Part shown: in pieces, positions 9,076-18,418 of the stretch | Layout: each line of letters starts with the position of its first letter | How positions within the stretch are numbered: position 1 is the first letter of the stretch | Source: Patescibacteria group bacterium | GTDB taxonomy: Bacteria; Patescibacteriota; Microgenomatia; UBA1406; GWC2-37-13 | Direction of reading: 5' to 3' | DNA length: 64,000 bases | Assembly (NCBI GenBank): GCA_036172095.1 | Contig: JAVHSH010000023.1 | Coordinates: 957 to 64,956 of the forward strand | Position numbers and translations under genes: made by a program | Notes under the pieces: model-generated | Database searches by the model: none | Seen by the model: only the letters and a program-made list of their open reading frames with translations | What the model was told of the DNA's origin: nothing

Positions 9076-9438
9076 TCAGATGAACAATTGGATAATGCGG
9101 GGAACGAATATAAAGCCCGTCATAACTATTGACCCAAACGCGAATATAAGCATAGCGGCAGCTGCGGTGTCTTTTGCGACCTTTATATCAGGCCGAATGG
9201 CTTCATCGATTGCATCACATGTTTCCTCTATTGCTGTGTTAACGGTCTCTATAACCAACCCAAGTGTTATAAGTAATCCAATTGTCAGGAACTCCGCATA
9301 ACGTATGTGGAAAAAGACTCCACCCCCTATTGAAAGAATAGAGAGAAAGAGATGAATGCGATAATTCGGTTGCGTCGATAGTGCTGCAACGAGCCCGTCG
9401 AAGGCGTGTTTGAATGAAATTGTGTGTTTTCGTAGCAT
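9076..9438 (-). CDS. dgkA: DgkA-family lipid kinase (diacylglycerol/undecaprenol kinase)
   Basis: 120 aa with 3 TM helices. SFKHAFDGLVAAL...NYRIHL...VIETVNTAIEETCD matches the prokaryotic DAGK family. Lies 1 nt downstream of mraY. Confidence 0.8.
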   Translation of the reverse strand: MLRKHTISFKHAFDGLVAALSTQPNYRIHLFLSILSIGGGVFFHIRYAEFLTIGLLITLGLVIETVNTAIEETCDAIDEAIRPDIKVAKDTAAAAMLIFAFGSIVMTGFIFVPRIIQLFI

Positions 9439-9444
9439 ACGCTA

Positions 9445-10413
9445 TTATAGTAATTCTATCACTGCCTTTGCAAGCCGGGAGCTTTCATGACGCAAAATAC
9501 TTCGCGCATACGAAGAGATTTTATCGGCAGCATTTTGAACAACAGGCGTATTATCAGCGATATTCGCATGGACAACCCTCTTATCTTTTCCTAAATCATC
9601 AATAATCGCATGCTCATTATGTGTCTCATACCAGCTGACAATAGACTCATTAAGCTCTCCTTTATGCATGATTATGGTATCGACTTTTCTTCCCATATAT
9701 TTTTCAATATCGCGGACGTGGTCTCTGGCGGTGTAGTCATTTGTCTGGCCTGACTTCGTCATAAGATTGACGACATAGACAATTTTAGCTTTTGTTTTTT
9801 GTAACGCCTCGCGCACTCCATCAACAAGAAAAAGAGGAATGATGCTTGTGTATAAATCTCCTGGGCCAATCACAATCATGTCTGACTCTGCGATTTGAAG
9901 GAGTGTCGGAGGATATGCGGAAACGTTCGGCTCCAAAAAGGCCCTTTTTATCGTCGTTTGCACATGTAAATCGCTATCGATATCGGCCTCGCCTTTAACT
10001 ATTGTCCCGTTAGCATACTCGACACAGAGATGCGTTTTTTTATGTGTTACAGGTAACACCTTTCCCTTTGTCTTTAAGACAAAAGATGCTGTTTCCAATA
10101 CTTCATCATAATTTTTCGAAACCTTTTCGAGAGCAGATAAAAAGATATTACCGAAGTTATGGCCTTCGAAATCACCATTATCAAATCGATAGAGAAATAA
10201 ACGTCGCCACAAATCGGGCGCTTCGGAGAGCGCAACGAAGCACTGTCGAATATCTCCAGGAGGAAGTACACCGAGTTGTACTCGAAGCCTCCCGGTGGAA
10301 CCGCCTGAGTCCATCATATTGACGATAACGCCAAGATCGACATCATGTTGTTTTAGGCCTGAAAGGACGACAAAGGTCCCCGTCCCACCACCCATTACTG
10401 TGATTTTTTTCAT
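9445..10413 (-). CDS. yvcK: YvcK/GlmR (CofD-like, UPF0052) protein
   Basis: MKKITVMGGGTGTFVVLSGLK, GGSTGRLR, GDIRQC and VIGPGDLYTSIIP motifs. Confidence 0.8.
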   Translation of the reverse strand: MKKITVMGGGTGTFVVLSGLKQHDVDLGVIVNMMDSGGSTGRLRVQLGVLPPGDIRQCFVALSEAPDLWRRLFLYRFDNGDFEGHNFGNIFLSALEKVSKNYDEVLETASFVLKTKGKVLPVTHKKTHLCVEYANGTIVKGEADIDSDLHVQTTIKRAFLEPNVSAYPPTLLQIAESDMIVIGPGDLYTSIIPLFLVDGVREALQKTKAKIVYVVNLMTKSGQTNDYTARDHVRDIEKYMGRKVDTIIMHKGELNESIVSWYETHNEHAIIDDLGKDKRVVHANIADNTPVVQNAADKISSYARSILRHESSRLAKAVIELL

Positions 10414-10419
10414 AATAAA

Positions 10420-11628
10420 TTATTTATCTTTCGTAACGATCTCACCAGGCAAAACAAATGCGCCTGAGGATAATTTCACCCCTGGATAGGTACTTGAATT
10501 TACACCAATTTTTACGTTTTTACCCGCAATTAATCCAAACTTTGCATTACCGCTATCAACAAGTGTTTTTTTGACAGGGGTTTTGACTGTTTTTTTATCA
10601 AAACGGTAATTTGCTGTTACAGCTCCCGCTCCCATTGATGTATGAGCGCCCAAAACCGAGTCTCCAACATAATTGCGATGAAGCATAACACCTTCTCCGA
10701 GATAGGACCGGGCAACTTCGCAACCGGATCCGACAATACAGCTATTATTTATCGTGCTGTTTCGGATGAGTGAATGATCGCCAACAAGAACATTCTCTGC
10801 GATATAACAAGGGCCAGAGATTTTCGAGAACGCGCCAATTTTGGCATTCTTACCGATAGACACTGTTCCGTCAATAATGGCAGTTGGATGAATTGAAGCC
10901 GTTGAATCAATATTTTTCTCCAAACCATGTTTGAAAAAATAGTCCTGCATCGATAAGACATGCCAGCTATATTTGAGCGTCGTCCAGTCTCCCTCATATT
11001 TGTAGCACGTAGCTGGTTTTTGTCTCATCAAAGCACTCATCCCCCACTCATATTGATCATCAGTTGAAGGTAACGCTTTCAACTCTCCAATGAATTGCTC
11101 GACTTTTGGGAAATAATCCACGACCAATCGTACGTATTCCGAAGGAACTTTTGAAGGAAGTGGTTTTTCAACTATTTCCACCGCTTTCCCATCGGCAAAC
11201 CGCACGTATCCGCTTGGAGTATATGTATCCATTCGTTTTGCTGCAAATCCAAGAAGAGTGCTTTCAGCTTTTGTCTGAGTAATCAATGTGGGAATAAATG
11301 AAAAATCAATCAAATCATTTCCATTGAAAATAATCACATCGTCGGAAAGGAGTTTCTCTGCAGCAAGAACTGCATCAGCCATCCCACCATCTATCTTTGT
11401 TTGGGAGATAAACTGCACAGTGTATGAAGAAAGATCTGTACGAATTGCAGAATCACTGGTAGGATTTGTCACAACAATAATCTCCTCAGCAAAATTAGAA
11501 ATTGATTCTACAATGTGTTGCAGTACTGTCTTTCCGTTAAACCGGTAACAGACTTTATTTTCCAGTGGATAAAATCTATCCCCATCTCCCCCTGCCAAAA
11601 TCAATGCTTTCTTAATGGATTTTGTCAT
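10420..11628 (-). CDS. Sugar-phosphate nucleotidyltransferase with C-terminal left-handed beta-helix (GlmU/GCD1-like)
   Basis: N-terminal ALILAGGDGDRFYPL NTP-transferase loop. The C-terminal half has hexapeptide repeats (IGKNAKIGAF..., VGSGCEV..., IGVNSS...). Confidence 0.65.
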   Translation of the reverse strand: MTKSIKKALILAGGDGDRFYPLENKVCYRFNGKTVLQHIVESISNFAEEIIVVTNPTSDSAIRTDLSSYTVQFISQTKIDGGMADAVLAAEKLLSDDVIIFNGNDLIDFSFIPTLITQTKAESTLLGFAAKRMDTYTPSGYVRFADGKAVEIVEKPLPSKVPSEYVRLVVDYFPKVEQFIGELKALPSTDDQYEWGMSALMRQKPATCYKYEGDWTTLKYSWHVLSMQDYFFKHGLEKNIDSTASIHPTAIIDGTVSIGKNAKIGAFSKISGPCYIAENVLVGDHSLIRNSTINNSCIVGSGCEVARSYLGEGVMLHRNYVGDSVLGAHTSMGAGAVTANYRFDKKTVKTPVKKTLVDSGNAKFGLIAGKNVKIGVNSSTYPGVKLSSGAFVLPGEIVTKDK

Positions 11629-11643
11629 ATGCGTTTTCTAAAT

Positions 11644-12969
11644 TTATATTCGTTCTATCGTCCCGCCCAACTGAGTAACTTTTTCTACGAATCGTTCATA
11701 TCCTCGTTCCAAAATAGAAACACCATTCACGATTGTTTCGCCCGGAACCAGTAATGCTGCAATCGCAAGCGTTGCTCCTGCTCGAAGATCGGTCACTGTT
11801 AGGACTCCACTATGGAGTTGTTGGGGACCATATATCTTTATCGCTTGTTTATACACCTTCTCTGAATCATAAGTAAAGTGGTAGTATTGTTTTGGGTTGG
11901 GGACCGGTGTCGTATCGTATTCGATATTCGCCCCGAGCTTTTGTAGCTCACTTACGAATGCAAACCTATTCTCAAATACACGCTCGTGGACTGTGGATAC
12001 GCCCTGTGCCTGCGTCATGAGGACAACCCAATTTTGTTGCCAATCGGTCATGAACCCAGGATGGGGCACCGTCTCTACCTGAGTTGCACTGATAGGACCG
12101 GCATAGTAAAAACGGATTTTATCGGATGTAAGCATCTCAACGCCACCACCGCATTTCTTTACGACTTTGATGAACTCATCGAGAAGATTTGGGTTAATGG
12201 GACCAACGGTCACATCCCCTTTCGTAATGAGTCCAAGCACAGCGAAAGTCACTGCTTCATTTCGATCAGACACGATTGAATATGGTTTCTTTTGAACAAG
12301 TGACGTGACGCCAGTTACGACAATTGAGGAACCTTCCCGATGGATTTGTGCTCCTGCTTCATTAAAAAATGAGATGAGGTCATCGATTTCTGGTTCAAGT
12401 GCGGCATTATGAATCGTCACCGTGCCCTCGGCAAATAGTGACAGCATAATCATAAACTCCGTCCCCGTATGGGATGGTTTTTCAAAAGTGTATGTGCCAT
12501 GCGTCTTTCCGGGAAGTTTTGCATGATAGTAGCCCGTCGCATGATCATACTCGACGATTCCGCCAAGCTCCTTCAGTCCGTTCATGATGCGATCAATGGG
12601 ACGAGCACCGATACGACAGCCGCCCGGATTTGGAATGTGTGCTTCTTTGAATTTTTTTAGCAGAGGTGCAAAAAGAAGGAATGTCGACCTTATTTTTGAT
12701 CCATGGAGTAAGTCAACCGTGTTGCTTTTGAGTGCAGTGCCATCGACTACGACTGTACTTGAACCAATAAACTCCGCAGTCGCACCAAGTTCAACGAATA
12801 GATGAAGTAGTTCATCCAAATCCCGGATTCTTGGTACATTTTTGAGAGTCACCTTTCCATCAAAAAGCAGTGCTCCGATGACCATCTTCAGTGCGGCATT
12901 TTTCGCTCCAGAAAGGATTACTTCGCCAACCAGTTTTTTTCCGCCTTGTATTCGATATGCGTCTTCCAT
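11644..12969 (-). CDS. murA: MurA, UDP-GlcNAc 1-carboxyvinyltransferase
   Basis: SGAKNAALKM and PGGCRIGARPID (catalytic Cys loop), in a 441-aa EPSP-synthase-like fold. AAGGAG SD 6 nt upstream of the ATG. Confidence 0.9.
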   Translation of the reverse strand: MEDAYRIQGGKKLVGEVILSGAKNAALKMVIGALLFDGKVTLKNVPRIRDLDELLHLFVELGATAEFIGSSTVVVDGTALKSNTVDLLHGSKIRSTFLLFAPLLKKFKEAHIPNPGGCRIGARPIDRIMNGLKELGGIVEYDHATGYYHAKLPGKTHGTYTFEKPSHTGTEFMIMLSLFAEGTVTIHNAALEPEIDDLISFFNEAGAQIHREGSSIVVTGVTSLVQKKPYSIVSDRNEAVTFAVLGLITKGDVTVGPINPNLLDEFIKVVKKCGGGVEMLTSDKIRFYYAGPISATQVETVPHPGFMTDWQQNWVVLMTQAQGVSTVHERVFENRFAFVSELQKLGANIEYDTTPVPNPKQYYHFTYDSEKVYKQAIKIYGPQQLHSGVLTVTDLRAGATLAIAALLVPGETIVNGVSILERGYERFVEKVTQLGGTIERI

Positions 12970-12972
12970 AAA

Positions 12973-13920
12973 TCACTCCTTAGAGACAATTTGTACTTCT
13001 TCTTTCAGTATAATCCCAAATTTTTCCTTCACTCGAGCTTTTATTGTCTGGACCATTGTGGCCAAATCTTCTGGCTTCGAGAGACCGGCATCAGTATTTA
13101 CAATAAAGTTTGCGTGGACTTGCGAAACGCTAAAACTTCCGACTGAATATCCTTTCAATCCACATTTATCAATAAGATATCCCGCAGACTTTGTCGGAAG
13201 ATGATGGATATTCTGGTCTTTTTCCGATATGTTCCTGAAATAACATCCACAGGTCGCGACGCCGACTGGTTGTGTTATCTTCCTATACTCAATCGCCTCC
13301 ATCGCGCGTAACCGTAATATATTTTTATCAACCTTCTTTAGTTTGAAAGTCGCTGAAAGAAGGATTTCTTTTGTTTCTTGCAATAAACTGTAATCGTAGG
13401 CAAACCGAAAATATGCCTTATCGACTGTTTTTACGACGCCATTCTTGTCCATGAGTTGCGCAGATATGAGTGTATCGCCAACATAAGTTATAGGCTTCGT
13501 CCATTTTGAATTCATATAAACAGCGCCCCCGACTGTTCCTGGAAGGCCTTTATGATATTCAAAACCTTCCGTGCCCATAGCTATAGTTCGTTCTACGAGT
13601 ATCGACATCTGTGTACCTGAACCAACTGTAACATCCATATATTTTCCGTCATCCTTTGCGATGATTGACTGGAAGGAGTTGCGCACGACGAGTCCTGCAA
13701 TATGGGAAGAAGTGAATATCGCGTTTGAACCGCCTCCCAAGAGGATAAATGGGATATGGAGCTTGTGGGCAGCTTGTGCCGCATTTGACAAATCAGCCTC
13801 AGATTGAGCTTCAAAAAAATACTGAGCTACTGTGTGCAGGCGCATGGAAAGATAGGGAAACAAATCCACCTGTCCCAATACTCTTTCTTTGCCTAATAAT
13901 TCAGCGAGTTGATTTTCCAT
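12973..13920 (-). CDS. murB: MurB, UDP-N-acetylenolpyruvoylglucosamine reductase
   Basis: FAD-binding LGGGSNAIF, GLPGTVGGAVYMN and SQVHANFIVN. The ATG at 13920 (MENQLAELL) is preferred over the TTG at 13932. Confidence 0.85.
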   Translation of the reverse strand: MENQLAELLGKERVLGQVDLFPYLSMRLHTVAQYFFEAQSEADLSNAAQAAHKLHIPFILLGGGSNAIFTSSHIAGLVVRNSFQSIIAKDDGKYMDVTVGSGTQMSILVERTIAMGTEGFEYHKGLPGTVGGAVYMNSKWTKPITYVGDTLISAQLMDKNGVVKTVDKAYFRFAYDYSLLQETKEILLSATFKLKKVDKNILRLRAMEAIEYRKITQPVGVATCGCYFRNISEKDQNIHHLPTKSAGYLIDKCGLKGYSVGSFSVSQVHANFIVNTDAGLSKPEDLATMVQTIKARVKEKFGIILKEEVQIVSKE

Positions 13921-15322
13921 TGAGTAGTCCAATTATATCATCTTTTAGCTTGTAAATATCCCCCGCACCAAGTGTGACGACCACGTCCCCTGGATGCCAT
14001 TTTTCGGTCAAACTAGCAAGAAGGCTCTTTTTTTCATCATAGGCAAAAAATGTACTCGCTCCTGCGCCCTGCGCAAGACGGGCAAGTTCAGCTGAAGTGA
14101 TATGGAATTGTGTAGAATTCTCCCGAGCAGAGGCGAAGATAGGGAGAAGATAGGTAAAATCAGCCTGGGAAAGCTCCGCAATAAATGCATCTTTCAGCTC
14201 TTCCGTACGCGAAAATGTGTGAGGTTGAAAGAGAATATGGAGTTTTTTGCCTGGAAAACGACTTTTGAGAGCTTTTATCGTAGCTGAAATCTCGGCAGGG
14301 TGATGTCCATAATCATCTATTAAATAGGAGTTTGAGTCTGTCCAGACTGTCTCCATACGCCGTTTTGCTCCAGTGAATCCGGAGACTGCCTGTCGTATTT
14401 CCTCAGCTTCAAAACCAAGCTCAAAAAGTGTAGCTACCACGCCTGAACAGTTGAGGATGTTTTTTTCTCCGAATAAGAGGGATGTGAAAACTCCTTGGGA
14501 CACTCCTTGTTTCAAAAGCTCAAATGAAATCCCTGATGGTCGTGCCTGTGGATTGAGGATTTGGTAATTACAATCGTCTGTCATCCCATAGATGCATGGC
14601 TTTTTTGACTGAAATGTAGATAGTATGGAGCGAATGACGGGATCATCGCCACACAGGATAGCATTTCGTGCCTGCGAAAAGAACTGTATGAATGTCTTTT
14701 TAGTCATTTCGAGGCTCTCATAGACATCTGGATGGTCAAAATCGATATTAGTACAAAGCGCGTAGGTCGGGTGAAGAAAGAGGAGTTTGGGTGTTTTGTC
14801 CTTTGGAGGGTGGACACCATACTCATCAGCCTCGACAACCATATAGTCTGAGTCGGTTACCTGTCCTCCACCTGCTCCACCAAAAGGTGGCGCTCCGATA
14901 AGGAATGATGGATTCTTGTTTAGCTTCTGGAGGGCCCACGCAAGAAGCGAGGAAGTCGTCGTCTTTCCATGGCATCCAGCCACTGCGAGGGAATAGGGAA
15001 ACCTATCGACTAATTCGCCTACAAGTTGAGGCTGATTTACCAATATCATTCCTTTGGCAAGGGCAGCTTTCGCGAGAGGGTTATCTTCCCCCCCATGCGC
15101 AGCGGAATAGACAAATACATCGTATCCGTTGAGGCTATTTATATCTGTAAAGTCTGTGGAGAATGTAATCGAGTGCTCAGTTAAAGCTATATCGGTGATA
15201 AACTCCTCGGGCACATCGACACCTGATACCTTTTTACCCATTTGTTGGAGCATGACGGCAATATTTGCCATTGCAGCTCCTTTAATTCCGAGAAGAAAAT
15301 AGGATGATTTATCAAGAATCAT
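13901..15322 (-). CDS. murC: MurC, UDP-MurNAc:L-alanine ligase
   Basis: LGIKGAAMANIA, the AGCHGKTTTSSLLA P-loop, and DDYGHHPAEI. Confidence 0.9.
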   Translation of the reverse strand: MILDKSSYFLLGIKGAAMANIAVMLQQMGKKVSGVDVPEEFITDIALTEHSITFSTDFTDINSLNGYDVFVYSAAHGGEDNPLAKAALAKGMILVNQPQLVGELVDRFPYSLAVAGCHGKTTTSSLLAWALQKLNKNPSFLIGAPPFGGAGGGQVTDSDYMVVEADEYGVHPPKDKTPKLLFLHPTYALCTNIDFDHPDVYESLEMTKKTFIQFFSQARNAILCGDDPVIRSILSTFQSKKPCIYGMTDDCNYQILNPQARPSGISFELLKQGVSQGVFTSLLFGEKNILNCSGVVATLFELGFEAEEIRQAVSGFTGAKRRMETVWTDSNSYLIDDYGHHPAEISATIKALKSRFPGKKLHILFQPHTFSRTEELKDAFIAELSQADFTYLLPIFASARENSTQFHITSAELARLAQGAGASTFFAYDEKKSLLASLTEKWHPGDVVVTLGAGDIYKLKDDIIGLLNGKSTR

Positions 15323-15356
15323 GCTCTATTATACCTAATTTATGGGGAGGCAGGCT

Positions 15357-16520
15357 TTATTGTCCTTTCAGAAAGTAATTCTTGAGCTCGCTTACTTGAT
15401 CGATAAGGACGGTGTTCATACCTAATATCAAAACGAAGATAACGATAAGGGAACTTCCTCCTAGGAAAATTCCTCCCATCATCGCGACAATTGCAGCGCC
15501 TGCTGTTGTAATGATATTATCCATTCCGACACCAATAAGTGCATCCCCTATCCGTCCTTTGGGATTGACAGAATAATTATGAATAACAAGCATTTCACCT
15601 AAACAGCCAATAAGTCCAGCGCATACTCCCGCGATAACTGCTGGCATATGTGTTGTGTGACTGAGTGTCTCGATTGCGCGTACCATACTCTCAGCAGCAA
15701 AAAAAATAACGATTCCTGAGAGGAATAAATGGAATAAAACAAGCACTGTTTTTGCCTTTTTATAATATTGTTCCGCTTGGGCAATATCTGGAATTTTACT
15801 TTCTTTCCTCTGTGTTTTCCTGAAGCTATACATGATGAATCCCGCAAGGATGAAGATAACCACTCCGACTGGTTGAATAAGCTGATATAAATCTTCTCCC
15901 ATGCGCAATCCCGGTACTTGCACTTTCCCGAACAATACCATACTTACGGCAACCGTGGTAGTGAGAAGCGTAAGAGCTGTGAGGATTTTGATTGTCGCAT
16001 CAAATTCTGACGGGTGAGGTTTCCTAGTATGTATATCAAAGGGCGTAACCATTCCGCCAGTTGGAATACCGGGAAACATCAGAATAGCCTTCCCTATTTT
16101 GTTTGCCCTATTTTGTCGATAGACACACCATGCGGCATGCCCTATATTGTAGATATTCGACCCAAATGTTGTCGAGGCTGCTATGATTGCGTAGTTGATG
16201 GCACGAAGGGCATCAATTGATCGTAAATTCAAACTGATGATGGCGGCAACAATACCTAAAATCATATCCGGAAATGCTGTTCCTAGCGATTGAAGAAGGC
16301 CGCCAGCTAGTTTCGTACGTTCACTAAGTACCTCAGTTGTTTCCTCTATAATTTTTGCAGACGAACTGAGCAGATAAAAGGCTCCTATTCCTAAAATGAT
16401 GACAATGCTCATTATTTGCACCGGAATATTATCAAGTTGCAGCAGTGGGATCATGACGAATCGCATCAAAACTGCTGTTCCTAATAACATGACAAAAAAG
16501 AGGAGTTTGTTCGTTTTCAT
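15357..16520 (-). CDS. Multi-pass membrane protein, possibly cation/Ca2+ exchanger (CaCA)-like
   Basis: About 10 predicted TM helices. SLGTAFPDM...GSNIYNIG resembles the CaCA alpha-repeat (GTSxPE...GSNIFNI). The second repeat is unclear. Confidence 0.4.
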   Translation of the reverse strand: MKTNKLLFFVMLLGTAVLMRFVMIPLLQLDNIPVQIMSIVIILGIGAFYLLSSSAKIIEETTEVLSERTKLAGGLLQSLGTAFPDMILGIVAAIISLNLRSIDALRAINYAIIAASTTFGSNIYNIGHAAWCVYRQNRANKIGKAILMFPGIPTGGMVTPFDIHTRKPHPSEFDATIKILTALTLLTTTVAVSMVLFGKVQVPGLRMGEDLYQLIQPVGVVIFILAGFIMYSFRKTQRKESKIPDIAQAEQYYKKAKTVLVLFHLFLSGIVIFFAAESMVRAIETLSHTTHMPAVIAGVCAGLIGCLGEMLVIHNYSVNPKGRIGDALIGVGMDNIITTAGAAIVAMMGGIFLGGSSLIVIFVLILGMNTVLIDQVSELKNYFLKGQ

Positions 16521-16521
16521 A

Positions 16522-17256
16522 TCACATCATTATATACCCCATTATCTCTCCGAACTGCTCGGGATGTTTTTTATATTGACGACGGTAGGAGAAAAATCGT
16601 TTCGTGTCGCAGGACGTACAGAATGGGAATGTGTCAATGTGGCTTTTTTGAATGCCATTTTCAAGCGCAAGCTCGTAATTAAGCCGGGTTAAGTTCAGAT
16701 GGAATCCTCCTCCATGCGACCGAAAAATATGTTTTTCGAATCGTTCCATCTCTTCCATAAAAAGCACGTACCTGTCCATATCGACGGTATAACAACAATC
16801 GCCTATTGCCGGACCAAGGGCAATACGAATATTGAGTGGATGCGCGCCCAATGTTTCCATTTTCTGAATCATTGTTTTCATCATATTTTTGACCGAACCA
16901 CGCCATCCATTGTGAGATGCACCAATAACGCTAGCAATGGGATCATAAAATAGGACTGGAACACAATCCGCAACGCGAACGGCGAGAACCGCTCCTTTTT
17001 CAGTCGTTACAACTCCGTCAGACTCTTCTTTCACCTCAATATCCCCCAAATGAAGACTGTCCGGAATGGTGACATTAATTGAATGTATCTGTTCCATGGT
17101 CACGATTTTTCGTTCCACGATATCGCGTTCTACAAAATAATCCTTGATTACCTGAATCTTGCGCATATCGCCCGCGTCAAATGTGGTAAAACCAGAAGTA
17201 CAGTCCGCAAGTAATGAGGATGAAATATAATTAAGCTCACGATAGGTGTGAAACAT
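16522..17256 (-). CDS. pgeF: PgeF/YfiH (DUF152) peptidoglycan editing factor / purine nucleoside phosphorylase-like
   Basis: QIHS..V, VADCVPVLFYDP, GASHNGWRG, CCY, and FFSYRR at the C-terminus. The ATG at 17256 gives an N-terminus comparable with E. coli YfiH; the ATG at 17322 would overlap murE by 86 nt. Confidence 0.8.
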   Translation of the reverse strand: MFHTYRELNYISSSLLADCTSGFTTFDAGDMRKIQVIKDYFVERDIVERKIVTMEQIHSINVTIPDSLHLGDIEVKEESDGVVTTEKGAVLAVRVADCVPVLFYDPIASVIGASHNGWRGSVKNMMKTMIQKMETLGAHPLNIRIALGPAIGDCCYTVDMDRYVLFMEEMERFEKHIFRSHGGGFHLNLTRLNYELALENGIQKSHIDTFPFCTSCDTKRFFSYRRQYKKHPEQFGEIMGYIMM

Positions 17257-18418
17257 ATGCTTTGACACAATCAATATCGCTCCATGGATACTCGACCGTC
17301 CCTCTGCAGAGACTTTTTTCATGTCCTTTTCCCGTGATGACTACGACATCACCTGGTCTGGCAGTCTTGATTGCTGCATGGATAGCTTTTTCCCTATTGT
17401 GCTCAACACTGTAGAGCTTGGAGCCAAATCCTGCGCCGATTTCTTTTGCAATCTGTTCAGGGTCTTCGGTCCGATAATCCTCCTCCGTGATATAGGAGCT
17501 GTCGGCGTATGTTGCACTCGCTTTTCCCATCGCAAAACGTTTTGTGTGATCACGAAGTCCTGCTGAACCAAATACATGGATAAGTCGTCCATCTTCATGA
17601 ATATATTGTTTTCTCACTGTTTCTAGAATTCGCAAAATGCCATTTGGAGTATGTGCAAAATCGACGATTATCATAAACTCCTTGTTATAAACGATATCGA
17701 TGCGTCCTGCAGGCAACGTATAGGTATATAGAGCCGGCACAATATCCCTTTCCTTTAATTCTAGCTCTCTGCAAAGTCCGTACGCACCTAAGTAGTTGTA
17801 TGCATTGAAATCTGCCAGATTAGGCATTTCGGTTCGGAAATCCCGCATGTAATCAGATTTTTCAACAAGTCCATATGTTTTTAAATTTGAAATTTTAAAT
17901 TTTAAATTTAAAATTATTTCTCTCGTCACCTCATCATCCGTATTAACAAGTGCCACCTTTGCCATCTCAACGAGTCTCCACTTTGCCTTTCCGTATTCAT
18001 GTATTGATTTATGATAATCCAAATGTTCGTGAGTGATATTGGTGAGGACAGCAGCATCAAACTGCACTCCCCATACTCTATTTTGGTCAATTGCATGAGA
18101 GGTAGTTTCCAAAACAAAATATTCATCTCCATGTTGGACAGCTTGTCTGAGAAGTTTTTGGATTAAGAAAGGGTCTGGTGTTGTAACATGGAATCCAGTA
18201 TCGATTTCTTTTCCACCAACTTTGGCATAAATAGTGGACAGCATGCTCACCTGTTTATGTGCTGTACTAAGAATGTGGTAAATCAAGTGCGTGGTTGTCG
18301 TTTTTCCGTCTGTCCCCGTAACCCCTATAACCTTAATGTGCCTACTTGGAAATCCACACACAAGATTGGCCACAATCGCTTGAAGAAGGTGATAAATATT
18401 TTTTAGTTTTTGCATCAT
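17237..18418 (-). CDS. murE: MurE-type Mur ligase (UDP-MurNAc-L-Ala-D-Glu:diamino acid ligase), lacking the usual N-terminal domain
   Basis: VIGVTGTDGKTTTTHLI, HVTTPD, ETTSHAIDQNRV and TNITHEHLDYHKS. Located between ftsI and murC. Only 393 aa. Confidence 0.8.
   Translation of the reverse strand: MMQKLKNIYHLLQAIVANLVCGFPSRHIKVIGVTGTDGKTTTTHLIYHILSTAHKQVSMLSTIYAKVGGKEIDTGFHVTTPDPFLIQKLLRQAVQHGDEYFVLETTSHAIDQNRVWGVQFDAAVLTNITHEHLDYHKSIHEYGKAKWRLVEMAKVALVNTDDEVTREIILNLKFKISNLKTYGLVEKSDYMRDFRTEMPNLADFNAYNYLGAYGLCRELELKERDIVPALYTYTLPAGRIDIVYNKEFMIIVDFAHTPNGILRILETVRKQYIHEDGRLIHVFGSAGLRDHTKRFAMGKASATYADSSYITEEDYRTEDPEQIAKEIGAGFGSKLYSVEHNREKAIHAAIKTARPGDVVVITGKGHEKSLCRGTVEYPWSDIDCVKAYVSHLS

Noticed and set aside
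15323-15356. Internal promoter for murC (minus-strand TATAAT at 15333-15328)
   Set aside because: Only 5 nt separate the hexamer from the ATG and the -35 position (AGCCTG) is poor. This is probably a chance AT-rich hexamer inside the operon.
17878-17917. AT-only stretch TTTTTAAATTTGAAATTTTAAATTTTAAATTTAAAATTATTTC inside murE, resembling 37468-37490 upstream of trpB; considered as an inserted element or internal promoter
   Set aside because: It is in frame and encodes EIILNLKFKISNLK within an otherwise continuous MurE. There are no flanking repeats. The similarity to the trpB upstream region is explained by low-complexity AT-rich sequence.
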